NCBI RefSeq assembly: GCF_009914755.1
Contig: NC_060925.1
Reading direction: 5' to 3' (one strand)
From: the human T2T-CHM13v2.0 reference genome, Homo sapiens
Length of the DNA: 64,000 nucleotides
Shown: positions 27,245 to 39,957 of the stretch, one piece after another
Position numbering within the stretch: the stretch's first letter is position 1
Layout: every line of letters begins with the position of its first letter
Position numbers and translations under genes: made by a program
Notes under the pieces: model-generated
Databases searched by the model: none
What the model was told of the DNA's origin: nothing
The model's input: only the letters and a program-made list of their open reading frames with translations

Positions 27245-28412
27245 CAGACCCTGGTTGTCTAAGATTAAGTTTATTCACTTTAGAGGAGGTAGAGTGAAGG
27301 GGCTTTTTAAAAGAAAGACAAAATCATAGTACAGATGTGACAGAAAAGTAAATATTTACTTAGAACGAAAGAAAACGGTATTATGAAATTTTAAAAGCTG
27401 GCAAGTACAATAAACATCAGACAATTCAGAAAAAATGCATGTTTATGAATTAACTGCCTAATACACTTTTTGTATTTTTCTCTACAAAACCATGTACACA
27501 AAAAACGTTTTTAGCTACATACAATTTTGTGTGCATACATAGTTTTATAACATCTTCTACCAAAGATAATAAAAATATAATTTAGTCTTTCTTTTAGCTT
27601 TGTAAGTTAAAATTTGTTTGTTACTATTGAAACTTGGGATGCTTAAAATACGTAAACACACACAGATTTATTTCATTTTGTATAACAGCTGCAGATTTGT
27701 CTCTACAAACACAGATATCAAGAATTCTAATGAATTCTCTCTCATGTAATTCCCATTACACATATCCACATACAAACGCACATTCTACATAAGAATGTTT
27801 AGTGGGTGTGCATGTTTATATTTCATAATTATGTATTAAGTATTTTCCTGCCCTGGAAAAAAGTTCCATTTAGATTAAACAAAATTCTCCACGTACAATT
27901 TGATGTTTGAATGAATTGTCCAAAGACTAGCTTCTGGTTCCATTTATTTCAAATCGTGTTTGTTCTCATGACCTATATACTTCTGGTACCAGACATAACA
28001 TGTCTGGCCCTGCTGCATCTTTTTTCCACCAGCGAATTGGAATTCTAGTGGTAGATGTATTCCTGGAAGCCATTTCTGTACCAGCTTGGCTAGCAGTAGC
28101 TTAACTATACAAATAAATTACTGTAAAAAACACAAATCCCAAAGTAGGTGTAATCCCAACTCAACTGCCCCTTCACCAAACCTCAAAATTGTTCTCAGCT
28201 CTTCCAGCACTACTTAGCACCAGGGGAAATGGGATGCAGAGATGGTCATAGTGGAAAGAAAGTGTCTTCACTAGTTGCTATTTAAATATCTTACTCATGA
28301 AAATTTTACAAAAAAAATCCATGACCACATGAACACTTTGTGAGGATCTATCCAAAGGTCGTTAAAATGGAAATAAGTGTCCTGAGATTTAACCTTCATC
28401 ATAACTCTGCTT
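27245..28412. mobile_element. Old AT-rich hAT-Tip100-like DNA transposon (MER96B/ORSL-like)
   Basis: GGGGCTTTTTAAAAGAAAG...AAAAGTAAATATTTA near the left end and AAATTTTACAAAAA...ATGACCACATGAACAC near the right; family uncertain. Confidence 0.5.
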
Positions 28413-28789
28413 CTTTATCTTTTTTCGTTGCCCTATTAGATTGTTATTTGCCATTAACCTGCATGATGTCCTGTCTTTACCGCTTACTATCTATATGATT
28501 TGAGTCAAGTCTGTTAACCTTGCTGAGTTTCTGTTTGAAAAATCTGTAATATGGGGGTAAAATGAGAATGCCGTATTTGTTCCTGGGGCTTTTGGGAGAA
28601 CGGTGTGAGGTAATGTAAGGTTCTCAGAAGTCAACAGATAGTCTCCATGACCATGGTGGATTTGGTGCTGACACAGCGATGGAGGTTATCCTCCATATGC
28701 TCATTGGTTATGACATGGGGACAAGGAATTGAACTGACATTGGATTTCTCTTAGACTCATAAGCAAATTTTTAGCAATGCTTATGAGGT

Positions 28790-29275
28790 GCTTTGAGGTC
28801 TGGCCCTGCCTACTTCTTTTAGTCTTGCCTCATCTCTCAACACCCCTACCCCATTCTCCAATACAACCCTTTCCATTGTAACTGCCAAGACATGTGGAAT
28901 TTCTCCACCATGCAACCTTTCTCTGGCGTCTGAGTCTTTTCACATGCTGGTCGTTCTGTCTGGAAGACTCGTATCCCAATACTCCTCCCTTTGCTGACAG
29001 TCCTGCAGGATGCAGCTCAGCTGACACTTCTTCCAGGAAGTTGTGTCTGACGCCCTAGTCTGTACAAGGTGCCCTGCCCCCACAGCCATGTGTCTGCACT
29101 GCCTCCTGCTCTTCCTTTTATCACTGCACTTAACACACTGGATTGTAATTGCCTGTTCACTCATCTGTCTCCCTTCAACTAGTCTGTGGGCTCCTTCTGG
29201 ACCCACAGTACTTAGTACACTGACTGGCAAACACTGGTGTTCAATAACTATTTGACAATTAATACATTCATTGAA
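28790..29275 (+). mobile_element. L2 3' fragment
   Basis: TCTGGCCCTGCCTAC...CAGCTCAGCTGACACTTCTTCCAGGAAG...GTTCAATAACTATTTG. Confidence 0.75.
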
Positions 29276-29921
29276 AAGAGAAAAAAGGTCAACTCTCCAA
29301 TCCCTTGGTGGATCTGGAAGAGGCAGCATAAAGGTGGGAAGCCTGTGGGATTGATCTTTGGGCAGTTGGCTGGCTCAAGAGAGAGGCAAACTTTCTCCTA
29401 TCAAATGACAGAGGGTGAAAGACTCCCTGCCTGAGGGCACCTCTTCAAGAGGCATGAAGACCATTTGCTGAAGTCATTGACTCCAGACCTCAAAGGGCTT
29501 GCAGAGGTTGCTGGACTGAATGAAGGAAACTTGTACAGGTCAGGGAGGCTTCCTTGATAACACAGGTCTCCCTGGCTGCCAGGTAACCAGCCACATAAAG
29601 GAGTCACAGGTAGCTGTAAGAGGTGTGGTATTCACTCAATGGCTAGCCCTGGGGCTACTCTGATGAGGAAGAATGACTCTGCACAGGAACTCCTTCTGCA
29701 CAGGGGCACAGGAATAGAAGTGAAGGGGAAAAATGGGTCATTAATCAGAAGACAATAGCCTGAGATCAGCCTTCTTTCAACTTCGGAAAACATCTCTAAG
29801 GTTCAGAATACAGGCCACAAATCAACCTGTCCCATGGAAAAGTGTCTAACCTGTGACTAGACAATGTCCTATTCTCCTCTGCAGTAAGTACAACCAAATC
29901 TGGAAGCTTCTTAGATCTTAG

Positions 29922-30257
<336 letters not shown>

Positions 30258-31279
30258 TAAGCTGCAATAGGGAGGCCACTTTACCCACGCCTAATTGTCC
30301 ATTGTAGTCTGAAATTCCACAATTACACATGCATTCCTTCAGCTTAGTAGTTTTTTTTTCCTATTAGAATGCAAACATACCTGGCAGCCTGTGCATTGGA
30401 CCATATCAGCCATTTTCACTGTATATCAGTTTATATAATTTTCTCCTAGCCTCAGTATTTCTTATCTGAGTTGTGGAGTTAAGAGTACTCTGAAGAGAAT
30501 TCCAAGTCCCAAAATCAATGTCACCTCCTTCTCAATTTTTCTAAGTACTTTTGGCCCTGTCTCAACTGGCATCCATTTTAAATATCAGCAATCCTGATAT
30601 TCTTCACCACGGATCCTTCTTTATTTTTTCTTTGTCTGCATTTTCTACCTTTCTCCCTCCATTATTTCTCTTCTTTCATTCAATTTCTTCTGTTTCTCTT
30701 TTTATCCCATCAACCCCAAGCCTGAGGGAGTATCCATATGTATGTTCACGGGCATTCTGTAACACAGATGCAGTGTGGTATATGAGAGACAGCAAAAAGG
30801 CTTCAAAGCCAGAAAGGTCTGGCTTTAAATATTGCTTCTATTGTTTAGGAGCTGTGTGACTTTGGATAAGTCACTAGTCTTATTTTTCTCCTTTGGAAAT
30901 GGGGAATAAACTATACCAAGCCAGCAGGACTTCCTGTGCGAAGGTTGCAGGGAGCTGTGAAGATTAAATGTTTCACCAATGTGTTTGGGTTCCACTAACC
31001 CTTTCCCCTTCCCTTTCCATCTCCTTCTGGGTCTGACAGGAGCATCCAGTGAGCCCCATGAGCATTGCTTAGCTCTGTGGCCTGGAGATAATTAATCTCC
31101 CTCGCAGGCCTATCTTACTCTTTGTCCTTTTTAATTTTCCCTGGCTTTAATTTTCTCCTCATAATTGTGTTCTCAATTAAGTTGCAGTGAGGCTGCAACA
31201 TGGTAGCCTGATCTTGAAAATACAGATGGTATTTCCGATCAATTTGCCAAAGTTGAATGGAAATCCTGAAACTTTAGAG

Positions 31280-31464
31280 CAATGCTTCTGAAAGTGTGAT
31301 ATTAAGTTTAGCTGTATCAGAATCTCTAGAAGTGTTAAAACTGCAGATTCCTGGGCCCTGTCTCAGAGCTCCTAAACGGGATCTCTGGGAACATGGCTTG
31401 GAATCCACATGTTTGCCAAGCACTCCAGGTGATCCTCATATACTTCAAGGTTTGAGAACTATTG
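31280..31464. mobile_element. MER5-type hAT DNA transposon
   Basis: TIR-like CAATGCTTCT / TGAGAACTATTG; 8-bp TSD-like CTTTAGAG / CTCTACAG. Confidence 0.8.
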
Positions 31465-32159
31465 CTCTACAGGTTAAGCTTAAGACCTAAACTGACTATT
31501 GAAGGAAAGGACAAGAATGTTCAGCCTTTATTGACCATTCATAGCAGTAGGATGACCTCTCTTCACTGGCCATCGAGACCCAAGGAAATGACTTGCCTGA
31601 ATCCTCATAGCTGGTTAGTAGTAGAGGCAGAAAGAAACCCAGGTTGGAAGCTTCCAGGTCCAGCTCTCTCTCAACTGCCCTCAAACCTTCCCTCCAAAGA
31701 GTTCTTATCACCTAACAAAGAACTCACCAGAATCCTATAATCTGCAGGCAGAAGAGTAAAATAAATGTGTGTGTGTGTGTGACAGAGACAAAGACAGAGA
31801 CAGAGAGATAGCCCTCTCTTCCTTCCTGTGTTCATTACATTTTCCCTTATTTTCAAATTCATCATTGAGCTTAGAGGCCTGATATGTTTTTTTTTAATTC
31901 CTGACAATACAGCTTCACGTGAGTATAATCATAATTAAATTCCATTACAGGGAAGGAATTTAGATGACTAATGGCATTTTTTTTTAATCCTGAGATTTGA
32001 TCTATATGTCCATTTAGGTATCTTTTGTGCTTCCTTATAGTTAGGAACTGTTCTATCAAGTTTCATGCTTCCTCTTGATAAAAGATGTTTGGACCAAGGT
32101 AGTCATTTAAAACATTAGCTATTATCTGACAGAGAAATGAATTTAATGATGCTTCAGGA

Positions 32160-32420
32160 AGAGTGTAGCTGAAAGAGCAGTGGTCTGAACATCAGCAGAT
32201 TTGAGGTTCCAGCCCAAAGAATGAGCTGTGGAACCCTGGGTGAATGACTTACCCTCCCCAGGCTTCAGTTTCCTCATTGAAGCAATAATAATAAGAAAAT
32301 GTGAGTGTTTCTCAGGCTGCAGAGCCATATTCCTTGATGTGCTCACTGAGGGCAAACGCTGCAGTTACGCCACATCCTCCCAGAGCGTCTTGGCACATAC
32401 TCTTATAATAAAGGCTCTGA
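32160..32420 (+). mobile_element. MIR SINE
   Basis: GAGCTGTGGAACCCTGGG...GCTTCAGTTTCCTCAT. Confidence 0.65.
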
Positions 32421-32489
32421 GTGGTTCTAAAGTCAAGAATCAAGTTTAATTTCTCTCAATACAGCTTTCCCCAAGCCCCTTTCATTTTC

Positions 32490-32700
32490 CCATTCAAAAA
32501 GTATTTATTGAGCACCTACTTTGTACCAGGCAGTTTCAGGAGTCAGGATTCAGCAGGGAACAAAACACAGAAATCTCTTCCTGGAAGGAATTTACATCTA
32601 ACTGGGGGAGACATAACACAAGCAAAATAAAAAATTAAAATAGATAGTATATTAAATGATGAAAAAGGTTGTGAAATACAATTAATTAGGCAAGAATATT
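32490..32700 (-). mobile_element. L2 3' end
   Basis: CATTCAAAAAGTATTTATTGAGCACCTACTTTGTACCAGGCA. Confidence 0.85.
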
Positions 32701-33520
32701 GGACTAAAAGAAAGAGATGAGTGACTAATATTCTTTAAGAATAATTCTTATGAATATCTCTGGACCTGACTTTGTGTAAAAATACAACCTGGGAAATTAT
32801 GTACTAGAATGTGTCTAAAAGGCTGTCTACTCCTAAAAACATCTGCTTGCCTGTGAATGATCACACCAGGGATCTTGCTGGTAAGTTGGGAGGTAGTTTG
32901 TCTTTGGCATCAAAACTGGCCATGCAGTCAAATCACTCCCATAATGTTACAAGCTAGTATAATTCAGTCCACTCATCCTTTGTTTGCCTAGTGCTAAGGT
33001 AGATGCTATTAGGAGACACTATAGTAGAAACCATTTCCCTTGTCCCAAGCAGCTGAGGGTCTTGCTGGATAAAATGACTGAGAAGATAATTCTTGGTCAA
33101 TGTCTTCAGTGCAGTGGATGCAGTGAAATCTATTAGAGAATCATGAGGTTCGTCATCTAGTGCCCTTCATCCCTAGTAGATGACTTTGCATTGTCACCAC
33201 CAAACTGGGCCTCAGTTTTGCTAGACTTCAAATGTGCATGGTAGCCTATGACCTCCAAATTTGCTTGTATTGGTGAAATGTTATGTTATAACATTCTTTG
33301 TAAGAGAGAGATTTATTCATTCGCTTAACAAACATCTATTGAACTCCCAGTGGTATTTGACCCTGGAGCCAAGATAAATAATCCAAAAATCCTTTTCTGA
33401 AAAAAAAAAATTTTTTTCATTTGGCTCCCATTTGGCTAATGTTTACTGAGCATTCACTATTTGCAAAGAACTAGTCTGAATGCTTTTTATATATAATCAC
33501 AACCCTTTTATGAGCTGTAT

Positions 33521-34180
33521 TGTAGGAGGCAGAATGACTCCTACAAGATGAGCCTCAGTAACTTTCACCTTTGTATAACGTCCATCTGTTGAATGTGGAT
33601 GGAAGCTGTGAATTTGATGAGATGTCACCCTGTGGTTATGTTCTGTTCACTGGCAAAAGGGATTTTGCAGATGTAATCAAGGTCCCTAAATAGTTGGCCT
33701 TAAGAAAGGGAGATTCTCTTGGGTGAGCCTGACCTATTCAGATGAGACCCTAAAAGGGACTGGGCTCTTCCTAAAAAGACTCACAGCATGAGAGAGATTT
33801 GATGGAAGGAGATTCTCCATGGCTGGCTTTGAAGATGGAGGGGACCACACAGTGAGGGATGGTGAGCAGCATCAAGGAGCTGAGAGCAACTCCTGGCCAG
33901 CAGCCAGCAGGCAGGCAAGGACCTGAGCCCTAGAGCTCAAGGACTCGAACTCTGCCAACAACCTGAATGATCCTGGACACAGGTTGTTCCTTAATAATGC
34001 CTTCAGGTGAGAACACACCCTGGCTGACACCGTGATTGCAGCTTTGTGAGATCCTGAGCAGAGAACCCAGTCATACCATGCCCAGGCTTCTGACTTGCAG
34101 AACTAGGAGCTAATAAATGGGTATTGTTTGAAGCTGCTAAACTTGTGGTGATTTGTTGCACAGCAATAGAAAACTTGTAT
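33521..34180 (+). mobile_element. MLT1E-type MaLR solo LTR inserted in a MIR
   Basis: GGCAAAAGGGATTTTGCAGATGTAATCAAGGTCCC...AATAAATGGGTATTGTTTGAAGCTGCTAA...CAGCAATAGAAAAC; MIR halves at ~33435-33520 and ~34181-34320. Confidence 0.88.
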
Positions 34181-34405
34181 CTTCATTTTATGGATTGGAA
34201 AACAGAAATAGGGAGGCAAAGAACTTGAGCAAGATCATATAGCCAGCAAATGCCAGAATCAGGTTTACGAACCTATCAGGGTTGGTTCCAGAGCCTGTGC
34301 TCTTTCTTAAGCTCTGCCCTTCAGCAGGGAACTGTGCCAGTAATCAAATGTCCACAGTACAGTTTACCAAGTGCAATAACTAACATTGGTGGTTTAAAAA
34401 AAGTC

Positions 34406-34570
34406 ATCCGGGTGCAGTGGCTCACACCTGTAATGCCAGCATTTTGGGAGGCCGAGGCGGGCAGATCACTTGAGGTCAGGAGTTCAACACCAGGCTGGCT
34501 AACATGATGAAATTCCATCTCTAAAAACAGAAACAAAAACAAAAACAAAACAAAAAACAAAACAAAAAAT
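34406..34570 (+). mobile_element. Alu left monomer only, with (CAAAAA)n tail
   Basis: Left arm to TCTCTAAAAA, then A-rich repeats; no right arm. Confidence 0.9.
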
Positions 34571-34614
34571 GGAGTGATCAACTCTATCAGGGGAGTAAAT
34601 AGATACTGTCCTCT

Positions 34615-34783
34615 GCAGGGAGCCCATTGTTAAATATTCAAGAATTTTACAAACTGGTTGTTAAACTGTTGGCAGCTTGAGATAGGTAGGAATATTTACC
34701 TTGTGGAAAGTGGCAAATGCTACAAATCAGGTTTTGTTTTTTTAAAAAAAAATGAGAAAGAAGATTTGCCAGCACACCACTAG
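34615..34783. mobile_element. MER63-like hAT-Blackjack DNA transposon
   Basis: TTGTTAAATATTCAAGAATTTT...GGCAAATGCTACAAATCAGG...CCAGCACACCACT terminus. Confidence 0.7.
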
Positions 34784-35527
34784 CACTAATGATTCTTCAG
34801 AGAAAGTGTATGAAGACTTAACATAGATCAAATGTTGTTAGAATTCTGAGAAAAGAAAGATCATTGTGTGACTGGGTCAGTGCAGAACAGCATCATGAAA
34901 TATAGCAGAGTGTGGGAAGAGCCTTTCAAATGCACATTTGTAGAGTGGCCCAGAGGTGGGGAGGAATGTCACGTGTGTGAGCACCTGGAGCAGAGGGCCG
35001 TGCTGGGCACATCATTCTCCATCATGAGATGCTGGCACAGTACCGTGTCATGAGAACAGAGCGTGCTCTGCATAGGAGGGGTTTGGATGGATCCCAGCAA
35101 CATACCAGATGGGGTGGGGGATGGGGCACTTACAACTGTCCATCAAGTGTGACCCAGAGGCCCAGGGCACAGTATACTGGAATGGGAAGGTGGGGATCAG
35201 GGCCCCATCAGAAAAGAAGAGTGCTAATATGAACCCAGCTTGAAACCAAGTTCATATCAGCTGGTACTGAACTGGGTGTAGCTACTCAAGGAACAGATGC
35301 TTTAATTGGACAATGGAGGCAAGAACTGCCTGAAAGAGTTTGGGTTAGTTTCTGTTCTGAGCCCACTAATGAAAAAAATACAAATTTATCAACATTTAGT
35401 TGCATACCATTTCTCAAAGCCCCATTATGCAGTGTCAAAACAACTGGTTGAAGTGAAAACATTTAAACCTTTTGCCCAGGTGTGTTGTGTACTGGGTACA
35501 ATAAAAGCATTTACTGGTGTTTTTTGG

Positions 35528-35994
35528 TGTGCTCTACTGGACACCCCCTCTTGCACTTCTTCAGATCCTTTTGGCCTAATGACTGCAAGAGGTAGTTGAC
35601 AGCTTCACATAGGTATGATTGACAATCCCACATCTCAGACCTTCATTGTTCGTCCCTTACCTCTGGCCTTTCCTGTTGACACTGTGGCTTGGACCACCTC
35701 AGAAACATACCTGAAGCCCTCAGCTGCACAATCCTGAAGTGCAAGGGAATGAATACCCCTATGGGGCAAGACTTTGAGCACTGGTAGACAGGAGTGGTGG
35801 GTAAATGCCTCCCCTTTACAACCCTGCAGATGGTCTTGAGATGCATTTCATGGGGCTTCTTAGCAAGTCTGGTGGGCTCCAGCAGTCACCTGTGCTGGGA
35901 GCCAGCTCACTCCTCCCATGCTTTGTTCTGCCTCACTCTTGCTCCCTGAAAACCTCATCTCAGTTCTGCTTTCTAGGGAACCCACGGTGAGACA
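35528..35994 (+). mobile_element. LTR16-like ERVL solo LTR
   Basis: Ends CTCAGTTCTGCTTTCTAGGGAACCCA..GAGACA; internal GGGTAAATGCCTCCCC and GAGATGCATTTC. Confidence 0.7.
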
Positions 35995-36003
35995 TGTACT
36001 AAC

Positions 36004-36016
36004 TGGTCAAAGGTCA
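36004..36016 (+). promoter_or_regulatory. Near-consensus DR1 nuclear-receptor element
   Basis: TGGTCA-A-AGGTCA; motif only. Confidence 0.4.
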
Positions 36017-36489
36017 GACCTTAATGACCAGTTACCTGCTAGGAACAGAGGTTGCCAAGATGGGAAAGTCTTAGAAGACTTTCTGGGTGAAAAGCTAAAT
36101 GCAGCAGGTCGTTTCTGATCCTCAGGTTTTTCAATTCCCCCAACCCAGGCCTGTTCGATAAAGTTTGAAAAACATGCAGCGCACTCACAGTAGTGTGCAA
36201 GGGATAAACTTCCAAGGTTTTGTGGATTAGATTAAGCCGGATATGCATATTGTTTTGGTGAATATAAGAAATGTCTTTTTTGGGGTATACTGGTAACCAT
36301 GTGCTGAGAGCTGTGGCACCAATACCATTAGAAAGAAGGAAATTGTTACATTATCAATAACTATTGGAAATCTCTGACATTATGAATCTAAATCTAAGAG
36401 TTACCTGTTTATTTTGGATTCCATTCTATGAGAAATCAATTTTCTTCACTGCTTCAAATGTGTACACATTTAAAGTTTAATAACTACTT

Positions 36490-36720
36490 TCTTGGAGGGT
36501 GCTTTTTATGTTCCCTATCCTATTCTAAGTGCTCTATATGCATGATTCACAACTCTGAGGTAGGTATAGTATTTTTATTATTACCCCTTTCACATATAAG
36601 AAATCTGAGGCCCAGAGACATAAAGTAACTTCCTGGGGGCCACACAGCTCAGTAACACTATAGATAAAGCTGAAAGTTAGAGCCAGCTAGGGCTGATTCT
36701 GTAGCCCTTACTCTTAATCC
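36490..36720 (-). mobile_element. MIR SINE
   Basis: ACAACTCTGAGGTAGGTAT...GAAATCTGAGGCCCAGAGA..AAGTAACTT. Confidence 0.8.
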
Positions 36721-37383
36721 AATTAACACACTAACTCGTGGTTTGATGCTGTTATGTTTAGATAAAAAACTAAAAGGCTGTGCAAATATGTGGTGAATTG
36801 GGAATGCAATGAAACACCAATGAATGCAGCCTTATCAGAATTGGATGGACACGATGCCCAATTAATAATTGAAAGTGAGAAAGAAAAGCACAGTACTTCA
36901 GTGTTTGATACCCAGATGCTTGATGAAATTTTCATTGAATTCACATGAATCAGTTCGACTTTTTTTTGTTTCTTATTGATTGAACCATCTGGGCTGTATT
37001 GATACCAGTCAATGTAGCCTAAAAATGCACTAACTGATCTAGAAAGTTCATTTATGAATGCTCATAACCAACATTTTGACATTTTAACCAACTATTTGTC
37101 TTAAATAAGTTGCAGGCATAGACCAATCACTATGTATAATTTGTCTCAGTTTTCTGTCTTAAGCTACTCTAAAATGATTAGTTAAACGCAAGAGCAACAT
37201 AGAATTGAGGAGAGGGGTCCATCATCTTGTGCCTAAATTACATAAATATCCGCTAGCCTACTTTTAGAAATTAGTATTTTTTCTTCTTTGAGAAATACAA
37301 CCTTTAGAAACTTGGTTTCCTAAGCTAATCACATTCTAATTCTGCAACTGTACTGAACTACCTAGGACCATGGGCATGTAACA

Positions 37384-37396
37384 AGGTCAAAGGTCA
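37384..37396 (+). promoter_or_regulatory. Perfect DR1 nuclear-receptor element
   Basis: AGGTCA-A-AGGTCA exact consensus in apparently non-repeat sequence; motif only. Confidence 0.5.
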
Positions 37397-37810
37397 GACA
37401 TTGAGTCTTTGTGAAAAATCAATATCTTTCCTGTTGTAAGAGTAGGAGAACTAAGGATCGCCTAATCTTTTCTTAAAAAAAATCTGCCCAAAGAGCTAAG
37501 ACCCCAAAACCTGTCATTTTCCTTAGTTCTGGGCACCAGCAATATTTGAGCACTGAGGATATCATATCCTGGCTCTGATGGGGGAAGAGGCCCCTGGGTG
37601 TGAACTTGTTTGCTTTCTATAATGTAAAAGGATGGGCCCTGGACTCAGCTACAAGATTCGTGACTTAATTGTATGACAACACGCAAACCCACTTAACCTC
37701 TCTAAGCATCGCTTGAGTCAATAAGGGGATGGAATGAGATGATATTTGTGGATATTGTGCAAAAGAAAGATTTCAAGGTACACACTTGTGCCCAGCAGAG
37801 GAAAACACAC

Positions 37811-38284
37811 TGTGGTACACGGTCTTAATAATGGTCCCAAAGATACCCATGCCCTAACACCTGGAACCTGTGAATGTTACATCATATGGCAAAAGGGACT
37901 TTGATTAAGTTAAGGATCTTGAGATGGGAAGATTATCCTGTATCATCCATGTGGGTCCTAAAGGCAATCATGAGTGTTCTCATAGGAAGGAGCAAAAGGA
38001 GATTTAACTACAGAAGTAGGAGATGTGGCAATGGAAGTGAGGGACTGTGGTGATCTGATGAGCCAAGGAAGCCCAAGGAATGCCAGCAGCCTCCAGAAGG
38101 TGGAATGAGGTAAGGAGCAGGCTTTCCCCTGGAGCCTCTGGAAGGAACCATCCCTGTTGACACCTTGATTTTAGCCCTAAGAGACTCATTTCAGACTTCT
38201 GACTTCCAGAACTGTAAGAGAACAAACATTTTAAGCCACTAAATTTGTGGCTGTCTTTGACAGCAATGACAAAAGCGACTAAGT
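37811..38284 (+). mobile_element. MLT1D MaLR solo LTR
   Basis: GGAACCTGTGAATGTTAC..ATGGCAAAAGGGACTTTG..TTAAGGATCTTGAGATGGGAAGATTATCCTG...TTTAAGCCACTAAATTTGTGG. Confidence 0.9.
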
Positions 38285-38402
38285 TTGAGATCTCATTTCC
38301 TGTTCCTGTGGCCATTTTCCTATCTGCCTGCTAAAATGGGATACTCTGCTCTCATATCCTTCTAAATAAGCATCTCATGCCATACTTCAAAGCAAACATT
38401 CT

Positions 38403-38775
38403 TGTATTAGTCCGTTTTCACACTGCTATAAAGAACTGCCCAAGACTGGGTAACTTATAAAGGAAAGAGGTTTAATTGACTCACAGTTTAGCATGGGGAA
38501 GCCTCAGGAAACTTACAATCATGGCAGGAGGTGAAGGAGAAGCAAGGCATCTTCTTTGCAAGGCGGCAGGAAGGAGAAGTGCCAGGCAAAGGGGGAAGAG
38601 CCCCTTATAAGACCAACAGATCTCATGAGAACTCACTCACTATCATAAGAACAGCATGGAGAATCACCCCCATGATTCAATTAGCTCCACCTGGTTTCCC
38701 CCTTGACACATGGGGATTATGGGGATTATAATTCAAGATGAGATTTGGGTGGAGATACAAAGCCTAACCATATCA
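38403..38775 (-). mobile_element. THE1D-type MaLR solo LTR
   Basis: TGTATTAGTCCGTTTTCACACTGCTATAAAG...AACCATATCA; 5-bp TSD ATTCT/CTTCT (4 of 5). Confidence 0.93.
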
Positions 38776-39911
38776 CTTCTCCTTGGATATTGTATTATTT
38801 TTCTGGAGAAAGTCATAATTTCACTTAGCACTAACAGTGAATACAAGAACCCAGTCAAGTTTCTCTTAAAGAAATTCACAACAAGAGTAAAGAGAAAAGA
38901 CAGTGAAGAAGAACCCCCCAATGCTGCCTGTAATACAGTTAGCTGGGCCCAAAACCAACCAATTACTCACCTGTTGGTCAACATGTTTGAGCAGTTGGTA
39001 TATGTGTAGCAGTCACTGTGCAAGTCAATAAAAGGGTACACAACTTTTCTGAAAAAGGAACCATGTGGTTATGCATGACTTAGTAAAAAAACAGTGAAAA
39101 AATGTCTTGCCTCTAACCGATCATGTGGCTTTGGGCAAGTTGCAGCCTCGCTGGGTCTTGGTTCCCTCTTCTCTCAAAAGTAGAAGTTACACTGTAGATG
39201 ATGTTTATACTTTTAAAGTGTCTTTCTTACTATGTGAACCTCCCTGAATACCCACAGTAACACTATAACTAATATTGTTATTTCCGTTTCATAGGTGAGG
39301 AGCCAAGCCTGAAATTGCTTCATCTGCCAAAGTCAGTACTGGTCTGGCTACTGACTTCATGCTTCTCCCACCACATCACAGCACATTATGCCACCAGTCT
39401 CCAAGGTCCACTCACCTCTGTAGCTCTCCCTGCATTTGTCCAAGCTGTTTGTTCCCTCTGCCTAGAATGTACTTCCCCAACTTATGCTTGTTGAAGTTCA
39501 TCATTAAAGATCCAGTTTAAATACCATCCTCTCGATTGAAATTAATTTCTCCTCTGTGCCTTCTCATAGAAACTTGCTTGAATAGTACTTTTATAGTACT
39601 TGTTTAAGTCTATTTTGTAGAGAAATATTATGCCTGTGTTTAACTTCCCAACCAGTCTATGAGATGAGCAGACGATTCTCCTTGTTTCCTCCCAGCACCA
39701 AGTACAGTAGTTCCCACACAGTGTATGCTCATTTTCCACTGAATTAAATGAACAGCTTTGGAGCTAGGAGTCAGAGTGCGTGATTTCTAGACCACCAAGT
39801 GGCACGACTGCTCACGTGGTGTTATGCTGTTCAGTGTATTCATGGACTTTGCCAATCCCTCCTTTGACCCTAAGGCCCACATGCTATTGATTTCCTTTGG
39901 AGAGGTAGGGG

Positions 39912-39913
39912 TG

Positions 39914-39956
<43 letters not shown>

Positions 39957-39957
39957 C
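39912..39957. repeat. (TG)n microsatellite
   Basis: Directly visible, with two CG interruptions. Confidence 0.95.
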
